In this document: positions 50,501 to 63,177 of the stretch, in pieces | How positions within the stretch are numbered: the stretch's first letter is position 1 | Layout: every line of letters starts with the position of its first letter | Assembly: GCA_032718475.1 (NCBI GenBank) | Contig: JAUCBJ010004174.1 | Coordinates: forward strand, 1 to 64,000 | Direction: 5' to 3' | Length of the DNA: 64,000 nt | DNA from: Nemertoderma westbladi | Taxonomy: Eukaryota > Animalia > Xenacoelomorpha | Translations under genes and position numbers: made by a program | The notes under the pieces: model-generated | What the model was told of the DNA's origin: nothing | The model's input: the letters and a program-made list of their open reading frames with translations, nothing else | The model's database searches: none

Positions 50501-53500
50501 TTGCACATGAATTGATGGAGTTTTCAATTTATTAACTAAACACGATATCGCGCATCGCACCAGCGTGGTTTCGAAATTCCAAAACGAGGTCTTCACTAGT
50601 TTCAGGTCGATTTTGTTCTAGAATTGAGCAACTAATAATATATCGAATTTATTAATAATTATTGTATGAGATATGATTGTATTTTTACATAATTATTAGT
50701 TCTATACTAATTCTCGTTGTCTCTTTTATTTAAAATAAAAAGTCGGTTCCTTATCGGGCCGCTAGGCCCGTCACTAGTTAGGAACCGAGAGGTTCATTAC
50801 TGTAAGAATTGTTTGCTGACTGACTGGCTGGCTGACTGACTGGCTGGCTGATCTACAGCCAAAACTACTCTAACGATTTTGATGAAATTTTCACAGCGGC
50901 TAGATACCGCGATTCTAAGGTCCCTGGTATGTTCCGCTATTTCGTCCATGAGCCGTGGGCTCGAAAAATAGACATAAACGAAAAAACGCCATAGGCGCAA
51001 TGGTAAAATAACACCAATGACAGCTGGTGTCCTGATGAAAAATGGCTTATGTAATGCATTTCTACAGAAGGCTTAGTAATAAATCGATGAGGTTGCCAAG
51101 ATTATTATACTCAGTACACCCATACTGTTTGTTTAGGCCCTGCACTCTCTGTCAAAGCAAATATTAACTGGTTGATTTAGTTTGAAATCTAATATCGCCT
51201 CAGCTGAATTACTCTTCCCAATGCAATCTATGGGAATATCTCACTCTGCTAATGTAAGCTGAATGACTGTTACGTACACAGTGAGTTGGCTACATTAATG
51301 CCAACATTATTGCAAAATGTTTTATTGTTGGATTACTCTCTGTCAGTCTCCCCTTCAGAACATTGTATAGGGAATTTACTTTAGTTTACTCTACTGTGCC
51401 ATTCAGCTGAATGGATTTGAGCGATTGCCAAGTTACAGAGTTGGATCATTCTCTGACCATAGGCAAAGACATCAAATCTTTTTAAAAATATACTTTTTCC
51501 ATGTTTTTTTTTCTGACCAAAAATTTCAAAAAAAATTTTTTCGTAGCCAGTACTGCCAATCGATTCGCCATCAAAAATAACGCAAAAAATTTTTTTTGCA
51601 AAATTTTAAATTACTGTAAATTTTTGGCGACTGGGGGGGGTCAATTTTTTTCGATCCGCTATAACTCCGGAACGCTTTGTCCAAATTCGATGGGGTTTTC
51701 ATTTTTCAACTTAATTCGATGTCCTCTTTCAGCCTATCCATGTTTCCAAACCCCAAACAGCGCCGTTCAAAAATTAATTTTTTCCAGTTCTAGAATTTTA
51801 CAAATTTCAAAAAAGTTGCAGTATTTTATTAACGCCTTTACGGAATTCGATAGCGTTTTCGATTTTTATATTAAACGCAATATCCTGAATCTCACTAGCC
51901 TAGTTTCGCGTCACCAATGCCAAGACTTCATACCTTTTGAGGAAAATTTTTCTAGAATAATTTTTATTTAATTACATTTATCGCGATTTCTTATTACTGG
52001 ATGCACATGAATTGATGGAGTTATCAATTTATTAACTAAACACGATATCGCGCATCGCACCAGCGTGGTTTCGAAATTTCAAAACGAGGTCTTCACTAGT
52101 TGCAGGTCGATTTTGTTCTAGAATGGAGCAACTAATAATAGATCGAATTTATTAATAATTATTGTATGAAATATGATTGTATTTTTACATAATTATTAGT
52201 TCTATACTAATTCTCGTTGTCTCTTTTATTTAAAATAAAAAGTCGGTTCCTTATCGGGCCGCTAGGCCCGTCACTAGTTAGGAACCGAGAGGTTCATTAC
52301 TGTAAGAATTGTTTGCTGATTGATTGACTGGCTGGCTGACTGACTGATCTACAGCCAAAACTACTCTAACGATTTTGATGAAATTTTCACAGCGGCTAGA
52401 TACCGCGATTCTAAGGTCCCTGGTATGTTCCGCTATTTCGTCCATGAGCTGTGGGCTCGAAAAATAGACATAAACGAAAAAACGCCATAGGCGCAATGAT
52501 AAAAACACCAGCTGGCACTCATGAAAAATGGATAGAGATGGCCTAGTAATGCTATTCTATAGGAATGGCCACCTAACAAGGAAATGCTTTCTGTGCCAAG
52601 TATTATCCTCACTCTACAACTCAGACAGTAAGCAAACAAAAGCCGTAGGATTCTAATGTATTACATCATAAGCTGATTGCTCTCCCAATAGCCCTCACAC
52701 ACTCACTGAATCAAATGAAATCGTATATCTATTAGCTTAATGCGAATAGCTGGTAAGCTGAATGCCATTTTAGTTATTGTGAACTGTTGACTGTAGAGTA
52801 GACTGCTATGTTGTATGTATTTAATTAAAATAATTTTCGTAGAGGGAAGTTAATTTGGGATTACTTTCTATCAGATGTAATGTAAGCAAAGCTGTTCAAT
52901 GGGGGTGGGTCATGGGACCCAAATATAGTACATTATGCATGGCAAACATTAATAAAATCATTCAGTCAACCTGGAGGGTATTTGCTTAGTTAACTCTACT
53001 GTGCGAAAAACGAATTTATAATGTTACCCATACTTCAGGTGAATGAATTTTTAGATATTTGTACTGAAGGCAAGGATTTCTGATATAATTAAAATACAAG
53101 ACAGGGGCTTGTTTCGATATATGTAGTTGCGCCCTTCTAGCAGCACGTGAGATAATCAAATAATAGACACAATGTTTGACTTTGTCCCTTCGAGCAGCAC
53201 GTGAGTTTTGCTTTGAGCCTTCGATATATGTATTTGCGCCCTTCGAGCAGCACGTGAATTACATCAAATAATAGACACATTGTTTGACTTTGTCCCTTCG
53301 AGCAGCACGTGAGTTTTGCTTTGACCCTTCGATATATGTATTTGCGCCCTTCGAGCAGCACGGGGAGTCGACTCAGACCGAGCCGAGCTGAGCCGAGCCG
53401 AGCCGAGCCGAGCCGAGCCGAGCCGAACCAAGCCGAGCCGAGGCGAGCCGAGCCGAGCCGAACCAAGCCGAGCCAAGCCGAGCCGAGCCGAGCCGAGCCG

Positions 53501-56500
53501 AGCCGAGCCGAGCCGAGCCGCGCCAAGCCGAGCCGAGCCGTGCCAAGCCGCGCCAAGCCGAGCCGAGCCGAGCCGAGCCGAGCCGAGCCGAGCCGAGCCG
53601 AGCCGAGCCGAGCCGAGCCGAGCCGAGCCGAGCCGAGCCGAGCCGAGCCGAGCCGAACCGAGCTGAACCGAGCCGAGCCGAGCCGAGCCGAGCCGAGCCG
53701 AGCCGAGCCGAGCAGAGCCGTGCCGAGTCGTGCCGTGCCGAACCGAGCCGAGCCGAGCCAAGCCGAGCCGAGCCGAGCCGAGCCGAGCCGAGCCGAGCCG
53801 AGCCGAGCCGAGCCGAGCCGAGCCGAGCCGAGCCGAGCCGAGCCGAGCCGAGCCGAGCCGAGCCGAGCCGAGCCGAGCCAAGCCGAGCCGAGCCCAGCCG
53901 AGCCGAGCCAAACCGAGCCGAGCCGAGCCGAGCCGAGCCGAGCCGAGCCGAGCCGATCAAGCCAAGACGAACTTAATCGTGCCCAATCGTGCAAGACCGA
54001 GCCGAGCTCGTTGTCTCTTATATATGAAATAAAAAGTCGGTTCCTTATCGGGCCGCTAGGCCCGTCACTAGTTAGGAACCGAGAGGTTCATTACTGTAAG
54101 AATTGTTTGCTGATTGATTGACTGGCTGGCTGACTGACTGATCTACAGCCAAAACTACTCTAACGATTTTGATGAAATTTTCACAGCGGCTAGATACCGC
54201 GATTCTAAGGTCCCTGGTATGTTCCGCTATTTCGTCCATGAGCCGTGGGCTCGAAAAATAGACATAAACGAAAAAACGCCATAGGCGCAATGGTAAAATA
54301 ACACCAATAACAGCTGGTGTCGTGATGAAAAATGGCTTATGTAATGGATTTCTACACAAGGCTTAGTATAAATCGATGAGGTTGCCAAGATTATTGTACT
54401 CAGTACACCCATACTGTTTGTTTAGGCCCTAGGACACTCTGTCAAAGCAAATATTAACTGGTTGCTTTAGTTTGAAATCTAATATCGCCTCAGCTGAATT
54501 ACTCTTCCCAATGCATTGTATGGGAATATCTCACTCTGCTAATGTAAGCTGAATGACTGTTACTTACACAGTGAGTTGGCTACATTAATGCCAACATTAT
54601 TGCAAAATGTTTTATTGTTGGATTACTCTCTGTCAGTCACCCCTTCAGAACATTGTATAGGGAACTTACTTTAGTTTACTCTACTGTGCCATTCAGCTGA
54701 ATGGATTTGAGCGATTGCCAAGTTACAGAGTTGGATCATTCTCTGACCATAGGCAAAGACATCAAATGTTTTTAAAAATATACTTTTTCCATGTTTTTTT
54801 TTCTGACCAAAAATTTCAAAAAAAAATTTTTCGTAGCCAGTACTGCCAATCGATTCGCCATCAAAAATAACGCAAAAAATTTTTTTTGCAAAATTTTAAA
54901 TTACTGTAAATTTTTGGCGACTGGGGGGGGGTCAATTTTTTTCGATCCGCTATAACTCCGGAATGCTTTGTCCAAATTCGATGGGGTTTTCATTTTTCAA
55001 CTTAATTTGATGTCCTCTTTCAGCCTATCCATGTTTCCAAACCCCAAACAGCGCCGTTCAAAAATTAATTTTTTCCAGTTCTAGAATTTTACGAATTTCA
55101 AAAAAGTTGCAGTATTTTATTAACCCCTTTACGGAATTCGATAGCGTTTTCGATTTTTATATTAAACGCAATATCCTGAATCTCACTAGCCTAGTTTCGC
55201 GTCACCAACGCCAAGACTTCATACTTTTTGAGGAAAATTTTTCTAGAATAATTTTTATTTAATTACATTTATCGCGATTTCTTATTACTGGTTGCACTTG
55301 AATTGATGGAGTTTTCAATTTATTAACTAAACACGATATCGCGCATCGCACCAGCGTGGTTTCGAAATTCCAAAACGAGGTCTTCACTAGTTGCAGGTCA
55401 ATTTTGTTCTAGAATTGAGCAACTTATAATAGATTGAATTTATTAATAATTATTGTATGAAATATGATTGTATTTTTACATAATTATTAGTTCTATAATA
55501 ATTCTCGTTGTCTCTTTTATTTGAAATAAAAAGTCGGTTCCTTATCGGGCCGCTAGGCCCGTCACTAGTTAGGAACCGAGAGGTTCATTAGGAACCGAGA
55601 GGTTCATTACTGTAAGAATTGTTAGCTGACTGGCTGACTGACTGATCTACAGCCAAAACTACTCTAACGATTTTGATGAAATTTTCACAGCGGCTGGATA
55701 CCGCGATTCTAAGGTCCCTGGTATGTTCCGCTATTTCGTCCATGAGCCGTGGGCTCGAAAAATAGACATAAACGAAAAAACGCCATAGGCGCAATGGTAA
55801 AATAACACCAATAACAGCTGGTGTCGTGATGAAAAATGGCTTATGTAATGCATTTCTACAGAAGGCTTAGTAATAAATCGATGAGGTTGCCAAGATTATT
55901 ATACTCAGTACACCCATACTGTTTGTATAGGCCACCACTCTCTGTCAAAGCAAACATTATTAACTGGTTGGTTTAGTTTGAAATCTAATATCGCCTCAGC
56001 TGAATTACTCTTCCCAATGCATTCTATGCGAATATCTCACTCTGCTAATGTAAGCTGAATGACTGTTACGTACACAGTGAGTTGGCTACATTAATGCCAA
56101 CATTATTGCAAAATGTTTTATTGTTGGATTACTCTCTGTCAGTCACCCCTTCAGAACATTGTATAGGGAATTTACTTTAGTTTACTCTACTGTGCCATTC
56201 AGCTGAATGGATTTGAGCGATTGCCAAGTTACAGAGTTGGATCATTCTTTGACCATAGGCAAAGACATCAAATCTTTTTAAAAATATACTTTTTCCATGT
56301 TTTTTTTTCTGACCAAAAATTTCAAAAAAAATTTTTCGTAGCCAGTACTGCCAATCGATTCGCCATAAAAAATAACGCAAAAAATTTTTTTTGCAAAATT
56401 TTAAATTACTGTAAATTTTTGGCGACTGGGGGGGGGTCAATTTTTTTCGATCCGCTATAACTCCGGAACACTTTGTCCAAATTCGATGGGGTTTTCATTT

Positions 56501-59500
56501 TTCAACTTAATTCGATGTCCTCTTTCAGCCTATCCATGTTTCCAAACCCCAAACAGCGCCGTTCAAAAATTAATTTTTTCCAGTTCTAGAATTTTACAAA
56601 TTTCAAAAAAGTTTCAGTATTTTATTAACGCCTTTACGGAATTCGATAGCGTTTTCGATTTTTATATTAAACGCAATATCCTGAATCTCACTAGCCTAGT
56701 TTCGCGTCACCAACGCCAAGACTTCATACTTTTTGAGGAAAATTTTTCTAGAATAATTTTTATTTAATTACATTTATCGCGATTTCTTATTACTGGTTGC
56801 ACATGAATTGATGGAGATTTCAATTTATTAACTAAACACGATATCGAGCATCGCACCAGCGTGGTTTCGAAATTCCAAAACGAGGTCTTCACTAGTTGCA
56901 GGGCGATTTTGTTCTAGAATTGAGTAACTAATAATAGATCGAATTTATTAATAATTATTGTATGAAATATGATTGTATTTTTACATAATTATTAGTTCTA
57001 TAATAATTCTCGTTGTCTCTTTTATTTGAAATAAAAAGTCGGTTCCTTATCGGGCCGCTAGGCCCGTCACTAGTTACTGTAAGAATTGCTCGAGACTGGC
57101 TGGCTGACTGACTGATCTACAGCCAAAACTACTCTAACGATTTTGATGAAATTTTCACAGCGGCTAGATACCGCGATTCTAAGGTCCCTGGTATGTTCCG
57201 CTATTTCGTCCATGAGCCGTGGGCTCGAAAAATAGACATAAACGAAAAAACGCCATAGGCGCAATGGTAAAATAACACCAATAACAGCTGGTGTCCTGAT
57301 GAAAAATGGCTTATGTAATGGATTTCTACACAAGGCTTAGTATAAATCGATGAGGTTGCCAAGATTATTGTACTCAGTACACCCATACTGTTTGTTTAGG
57401 CCCTAGGACACTCTGTCAAAGCAAATATTAACTGGTTGGTTTAGTTTGAAATCTATTATTGCCTCAGCTGAATTACTCTTCCCAATGCAGTCTATGGAAA
57501 TATCTCACTCTGTTAATGTAAGCTGAATGACTTACGTACACAGTGTGTTGGCTACATTAATGCCAACATTATTGCAAAATGTTTTATTGTTGGATTACTC
57601 TCTGTCAGTCTCCCCTTCAGAACATTGTATAGGGAATTTACTTTAGTTTACTCTACTGTGCCATTCAGCTGAATGGATTTGAGCGATTGCCAAGTTACAG
57701 AAGAGTTGGATCATTCTCTGACCATAGGCAAAGACAAATCTTTTTAAAAATATACTTTTTCCATGTTTTTTTTTCTGACCAAAAATTTCAAAAAAAACTT
57801 TTCGTAGCCAGTACTGCCAATCGATTCGCCATCAAAAATAACGTAAAAAATTTTTTTTGCAAAATTTTAAATTACTGTAAATTTTTGGCGACTGGGGGGG
57901 TCAATTTTTTTCGATCCTCTATAACTCCGGAACGCTTTGTCCAAATTCGATGGGGTTTTTATTTTTCAACCTAATTCGATGTCCTCTTTCAGTCTATCCA
58001 TGTTTCGAAACCCCAAACCGCGCCGTTCAAAAATTAATTTTTTCTAGTTCTAGAATTTTACAAATTTCAAAAAAGTTGCAGTATTTTCATTAACGCCTTT
58101 ATGGAATTCGATAGCGTTTTCGATTTTTATATTAAACGCAATATCCTGAATCTCACTAGCCTAGTTTCGCGTCACCAATGCCAAGACTTCATACTTTTTG
58201 AGGAAAATTTTTCTAGAATAATTTTTATTTAATTACATTTATCGCGATTTATTATTACTGGTTGCACATGAATTTATGGATTTTTCAATTTATTAACTAA
58301 ACACAATATCGCGCATCGCACCAGCGTGGTTTCGAAATTCCAAAACGAGGTCTTCACTAGTTGCAGGTCGATTTTGTTCTATAATTGAGCAATTAATAAT
58401 AGATCGAATTTATTAATAATTATTGTATGAAATATGATTCTATTTTTACATAATTATTAGTTCTATACTAATTCTCGTTGTCTCTTTAATTTAAAATAAA
58501 AAGTCGGTTCCTTATCGGGCCGCTAGGCCCGTCACTAGTTAGGAACCGAGAGGTTCATTACTGTAAGAATTGTTGGCTGATTGATTGACTGGCTGGCTGA
58601 CTGACTGATCTACAGCCAAAACTTAGGAACCGAGAGGTTCATTACTGTAAGAATTGTTGGCTGATTGATTGACTGGCTGGCTGACTGACTGATCTACAGC
58701 CAAAACTACTCTAACGATTTTGATGAAATTTTCACAGCGGCTAGATACCGCGATTCTAAGGTCCCTGGTATGTTCCGCTATTTCGTCCATGAGCTGTGGG
58801 CTCGAAAAATAGACATAAACGAAAAAACGCCATAGGCGCAATGGTAAAATAACACCAATAACAGCTGGTGTCGTGATGAAAAATGGCTTATGTAATGTAA
58901 TGCATTTCTACAGAAGGCTTAGTAATAAATCGATGAGGTTGCCAAGATTATTATACTCAGTACACCCATACTGTTTGTATAGGCCACCACTCTCTGTCAA
59001 AGCAAACAATAACTGGTTGGTTTAGTTTGAAATCTAATATCGCCTCAGCTGAATTACTCTTCCCAATGCAATCTATGGGAATATCTCACTCTGCTAATGT
59101 AAGCTGAATGACTGTTAAGTACACAGTGAGATGGCTACATTAATGCCAACATTATTGCAACATGTTTTATTGTTGGATTACTCTCTGTCAGTCTCCCCTT
59201 CAGAACATTGTATAGGGAATTTACTTTAGTTTACTCTACTGTGCCATTCAGCTGAATGGATTTGAGCGATTGCCAAGTTACAGAGTTGGATCATTCTCTG
59301 ACCATAGGCAAAGACATCAAATCTTTTTAAAAATATACTTTTTCCATGTTTTTTTTTCTGACCAAAAATTTCAAAAAAAAATTTTTCGTAGCCAGTACTA
59401 CCAATCGATTCGCCATCAAAAATAACGCAAAAAATTTTTTTTGCAAAATTTTAAATTACTGTAAATTTTTGGCGACTGGGGGGGGGGTCAATTTTTTTCG

Positions 59501-62500
59501 ATCAGCTATAACTCCGGAACGCTTTGTCCAAATTCGATGGGGTTTTCATTTTTCAACTTAATTCGATGTCCTCTTTCAGCCTATCCATGTTTCGAAACCC
59601 CAAACAGCGCCGTTCAAAAATTAATTTTTTCTAGTTCTAGAATTTTACAAATTTCAAAAAAGTTGCAGTATTTTATTAACGCCTTTACGGAATTCGATAG
59701 CGTTTTCGATTTTTATATTAAACGCAATATCCTGAATCTCACTAGCCTAGTTTCGCGTCACCAATGCCAAGACTTCATACTTTTTGAGGAAAAATTTTCT
59801 AGAATAATTTTTATTTAATTACATTTATCGCGATTTCTTATTACTTGTTGCACATGAACTGATGGAGTTTTCAATTTATTAACTAAACACGATATCGCGC
59901 ATCGCACCAGCGTGGTTTCGAAATTCCAAAACGAGGTCTTCACTAGTTGCAGGTCGATTTTGTTCTAGAATTGAGCAACTAATAATAGATCAAATTTATT
60001 AATAATTATTGTATGAAATATGATTGTATTTTTACATAATTATTAGTTCTATACTAACTCTCGTTGTCTCTTTTATTTAAAATAAAAAGTCGGTTCCTTA
60101 TCGGGCCGCTAGGCCCGTCACTAGTTAGGAACCGAGAGGTTCATTACTGTAAGAATTGTTAGCTGACTGGCTGACTGACTGGCTGGCTGACTGATCTACA
60201 GCCAAAACTACTCTAACGATTTTGATGAAATTTTCACAGCGGCTAGATACCGCGATTCTAAGGTCCCTGGTATGTTCCGCTATTTCGTCCATGAGCCGTG
60301 GGCTCGAAAAATGGACATAAACGAAAAAACGCCATAGGCGCAATGGTAAAATAACACCAATGACAGCTGGTGTCCTGATGAAAAATGGCTTATGTAATGC
60401 ATTTCTACAGAAGGCTTAGTAATAAATCGATGAGGTTGCCAAGATTATTATACTCAGTACACCCATACTGTTTGTATAGGCCACCACTCTCTGTCAAAGC
60501 AAACATTAACGGGTTGGTTTAGTTTGAAATCTAATATCGCCTCAGCTGAATTACTCTTCCCAATGCAACCTATGGGAATATCTCACTCTGCTAATGTAAG
60601 CTGAATGACTGTTACGTACACAGTGAGTTGGCTACATTAATGCCAACATTATTGCAAAATGTTTTATTGTTGGATTACTCTCTGTCAGTCTCCCCTTCAG
60701 AACATTGTATAGGGAATTTACTTTAGTTTACTCTACTGTGCCATTCAGCTGAATGGATTTGAGCGATTGCCAAGTTACAGAGTTGGATCATTCTCTGACC
60801 ATAGGCAAAGACATCAAATCTTTTTAAAAATATACTTTTTCCATGTTTTTTTTTCTGACCAAAAATTTCAAAAAAAAATTTTTCGTAGCCAGTACTGCCA
60901 ATCGATTCGCCATCAAAAATAACGCAAAAAATTTTTTTTCCAAAATTTTAAATTACTGTAAATTTTTGGCGACTGGGGGGGGGGGGTCAATTTTTTTCGA
61001 TCCGCTATAACTCCGGAACGCTTTGTCCAAATTCGATGGGGTTTTCCTTTTTCAACTTAATTCGATGTCCTCTTTCAGCCTATCCATGTTTCCAAACCCC
61101 AAACAGCGCCGTTCAAAAATTAATTTTTTCCAGTTCTAGAATTTTACAAATTTCAAAAAAGTTGCAGTATTTTATTAACGCCTTTACGGAATTCGATAGC
61201 GTTTTCGATTTTTATATTAAAGGCAATATCCTGAATCTCACTAGCCTAGTTTCGTGTCACCGATGCCAAGACTTCATACTTTTGAGGAAAATTTTTCTAG
61301 AATAATTTTTATTTAATTACATTTATCGCGATTTCTTATTAATGGTTGCACATGAATTGATGGAGTTTTCAATTTATTAACTAAACACGATATCGCGCAT
61401 CGCACCAGCGTGGTTTCGAAATTCCAAAACGAGGTCTTCACTAGTTGCATGTCGATTTTGTTCAAAAATTGAGCAACTAATAATAGATCGAATTTATTAT
61501 CAATTATTGTATGAAATATGATTGTATTTTTACATAATTATTAGTTCTATACTAATTCTCGTTGTCTCTTTTATTTAAAATAAAAAGTCGGTTCCTTATC
61601 GGGCCGCTAGGCCCGTCACTAGTTAGCAAGTCGTTAGACTTGATTACTGTAAGAAAAAAAAGCTACTGGCTACTGGCTACTGGCTACTGACCTAGAGCAA
61701 AAACGGCTCTAACGATTTTGATGAAATTTTGCATGGACCATGAAAATGGATTTCTAAGGGTACTTGTGAAATCGCGGTTTAAATTGAAACATCTCAACTT
61801 GTTTTATTTCGAAAAATAGCCACAAAACACGAAATTTGCCATAGGCGAGGCGCAATGATAAAACACCAGCTGGCACTCATGAAAAATGTATAGAGATGGC
61901 CTGGTAATGCATTCAATAGGAAGGGCAACTAACAAAGAAGTATTGTCTGTGCCAAGTTTTATTATCACTCTACTCTACAACCCAGACAGTAATCAAACAA
62001 AACATTAACTGGTTTAGCTGGGTATTACAGTCTCAGCTGAATAACTCTTCCCAATGCATCCTTGCTATGTTAATTAATTGGCGTGCAAGCTAAATGACTG
62101 TTAGTTAAACAGTGTGTTGGCTACACAGTGTATTGTACTATGCTCTCATTGCATTATTGTTTTATTTTGAAATCTTTGCGCCAACATTAATACTGTGGAG
62201 GCTGTATGTTGATAAGGCTGCATGTTTACTCAGCTTCATAATGATTCTCCATAAGGCTAACATTATAGTTTGAAATATAAAAATCTGTTATTATAATTGT
62301 TGTATTTAATTAATATCGTGGTTTACATTGAACAGTGTAAATTGTTTATCGCGGTTTACATTGAAACATCTCAACTTGTTTATTTATTACTAAAATAAGA
62401 ACGAATTTGTCTTATCACTTCTTGTGCGCGATTGTATTGAATTCATGACAACTGCTATTATTATTATTAATCAATTGACACCTCGACTCCTCTCTGAGAC

Positions 62501-62556
62501 TCCGACTACTCTATCCGATAGAATAAAATAGTCATTTCGCTAACTGCTCTCTATCT
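47529..62556 (+). mobile_element. Head-to-tail array of 10 non-autonomous Helentron/Helitron-type (HINE/DINE-1-like) elements
   Basis: Each unit has a 5' TT, a subterminal IR with a small palindrome, a (GACT/GGCT)n microsatellite, a 3' complementary subTIR, a GC hairpin and CTAG. Units start at 47529, 49282, 50778, 52278, 54072, 55569, 57074, 58539, 60125 and 61623. Confidence 0.85.
53378..53956. repeat. (GAGCC)n pentanucleotide microsatellite inside one Helentron unit
   Basis: About 115 copies; source of the AEPSR/LGSAR pseudo-ORFs. Confidence 0.97.
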
Positions 62557-62628
62557 TACGGTGGCTGAAAGCGGCCAAAATAATTCACTACTTTTTTAAT
62601 TTTTAATTTGATCAACATTTTTTTCTTG

Positions 62629-62959
62629 AATTTCAACCCGGGTTGAAATTAATATCAACCCGGGTTGAAATTAATATCAACCCGGGTTGAAATTAATATC
62701 AACCCGGGTTGAAATTAATATCAACCCGGGTTGAAATTAATATCAACCCGGGTTGAAATTAATATCAACCCGGGTTGAAATTAATATCAACCCGGGTTGA
62801 AATTAATATCAACCCGGGTTGAAATTAATATCAACCCGGGTTGAAATTAATATCAACCCGGGTTGAAATTAATATCAACCCGGGTTGAAATTAATATCAA
62901 CCCGGGTTGAAATTAATATCAACCCGGGTTGAAATTAATATCAACCCAGGTTGAAATTG
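62629..62959. repeat. 22-bp palindromic tandem repeat, about 15 copies
   Basis: Unit tcaacccgggttga-aattaata; copies are identical except the last. Confidence 0.97.
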
Positions 62960-63177
62960 AATTATTCGTACCGGTACTGTAGAATGTAATATGAGGTAAT
63001 GTCATGTTGTAGGAGTAGGAGTAGAGCTGTAGTCTGCAGTCTGTAGAGGCAGAGACTGAGAGAGGCTGAGAGGTTGGCTTATCACAGTATCAGTGCAGTA
63101 CTGCAGTACCAGTGACGGTGCTACGGTGCTTGGTCAGTTCCAGTTGGTAACCTAATTCTGTAATTCACGATCTAAAA

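Noticed and set aside
53137-54121. AEPSR / LGSAR repeat proteins
   Set aside because: Artefacts of (GAGCC)n, which is open in all frames.
49926-61305. Recurrent ORFs in the 1.5-kb units (MPSYRVGSF..., MRLWRFFVY...)
   Set aside because: Frames break at homopolymer length changes between copies, and there are no Rep/helicase or other motifs.
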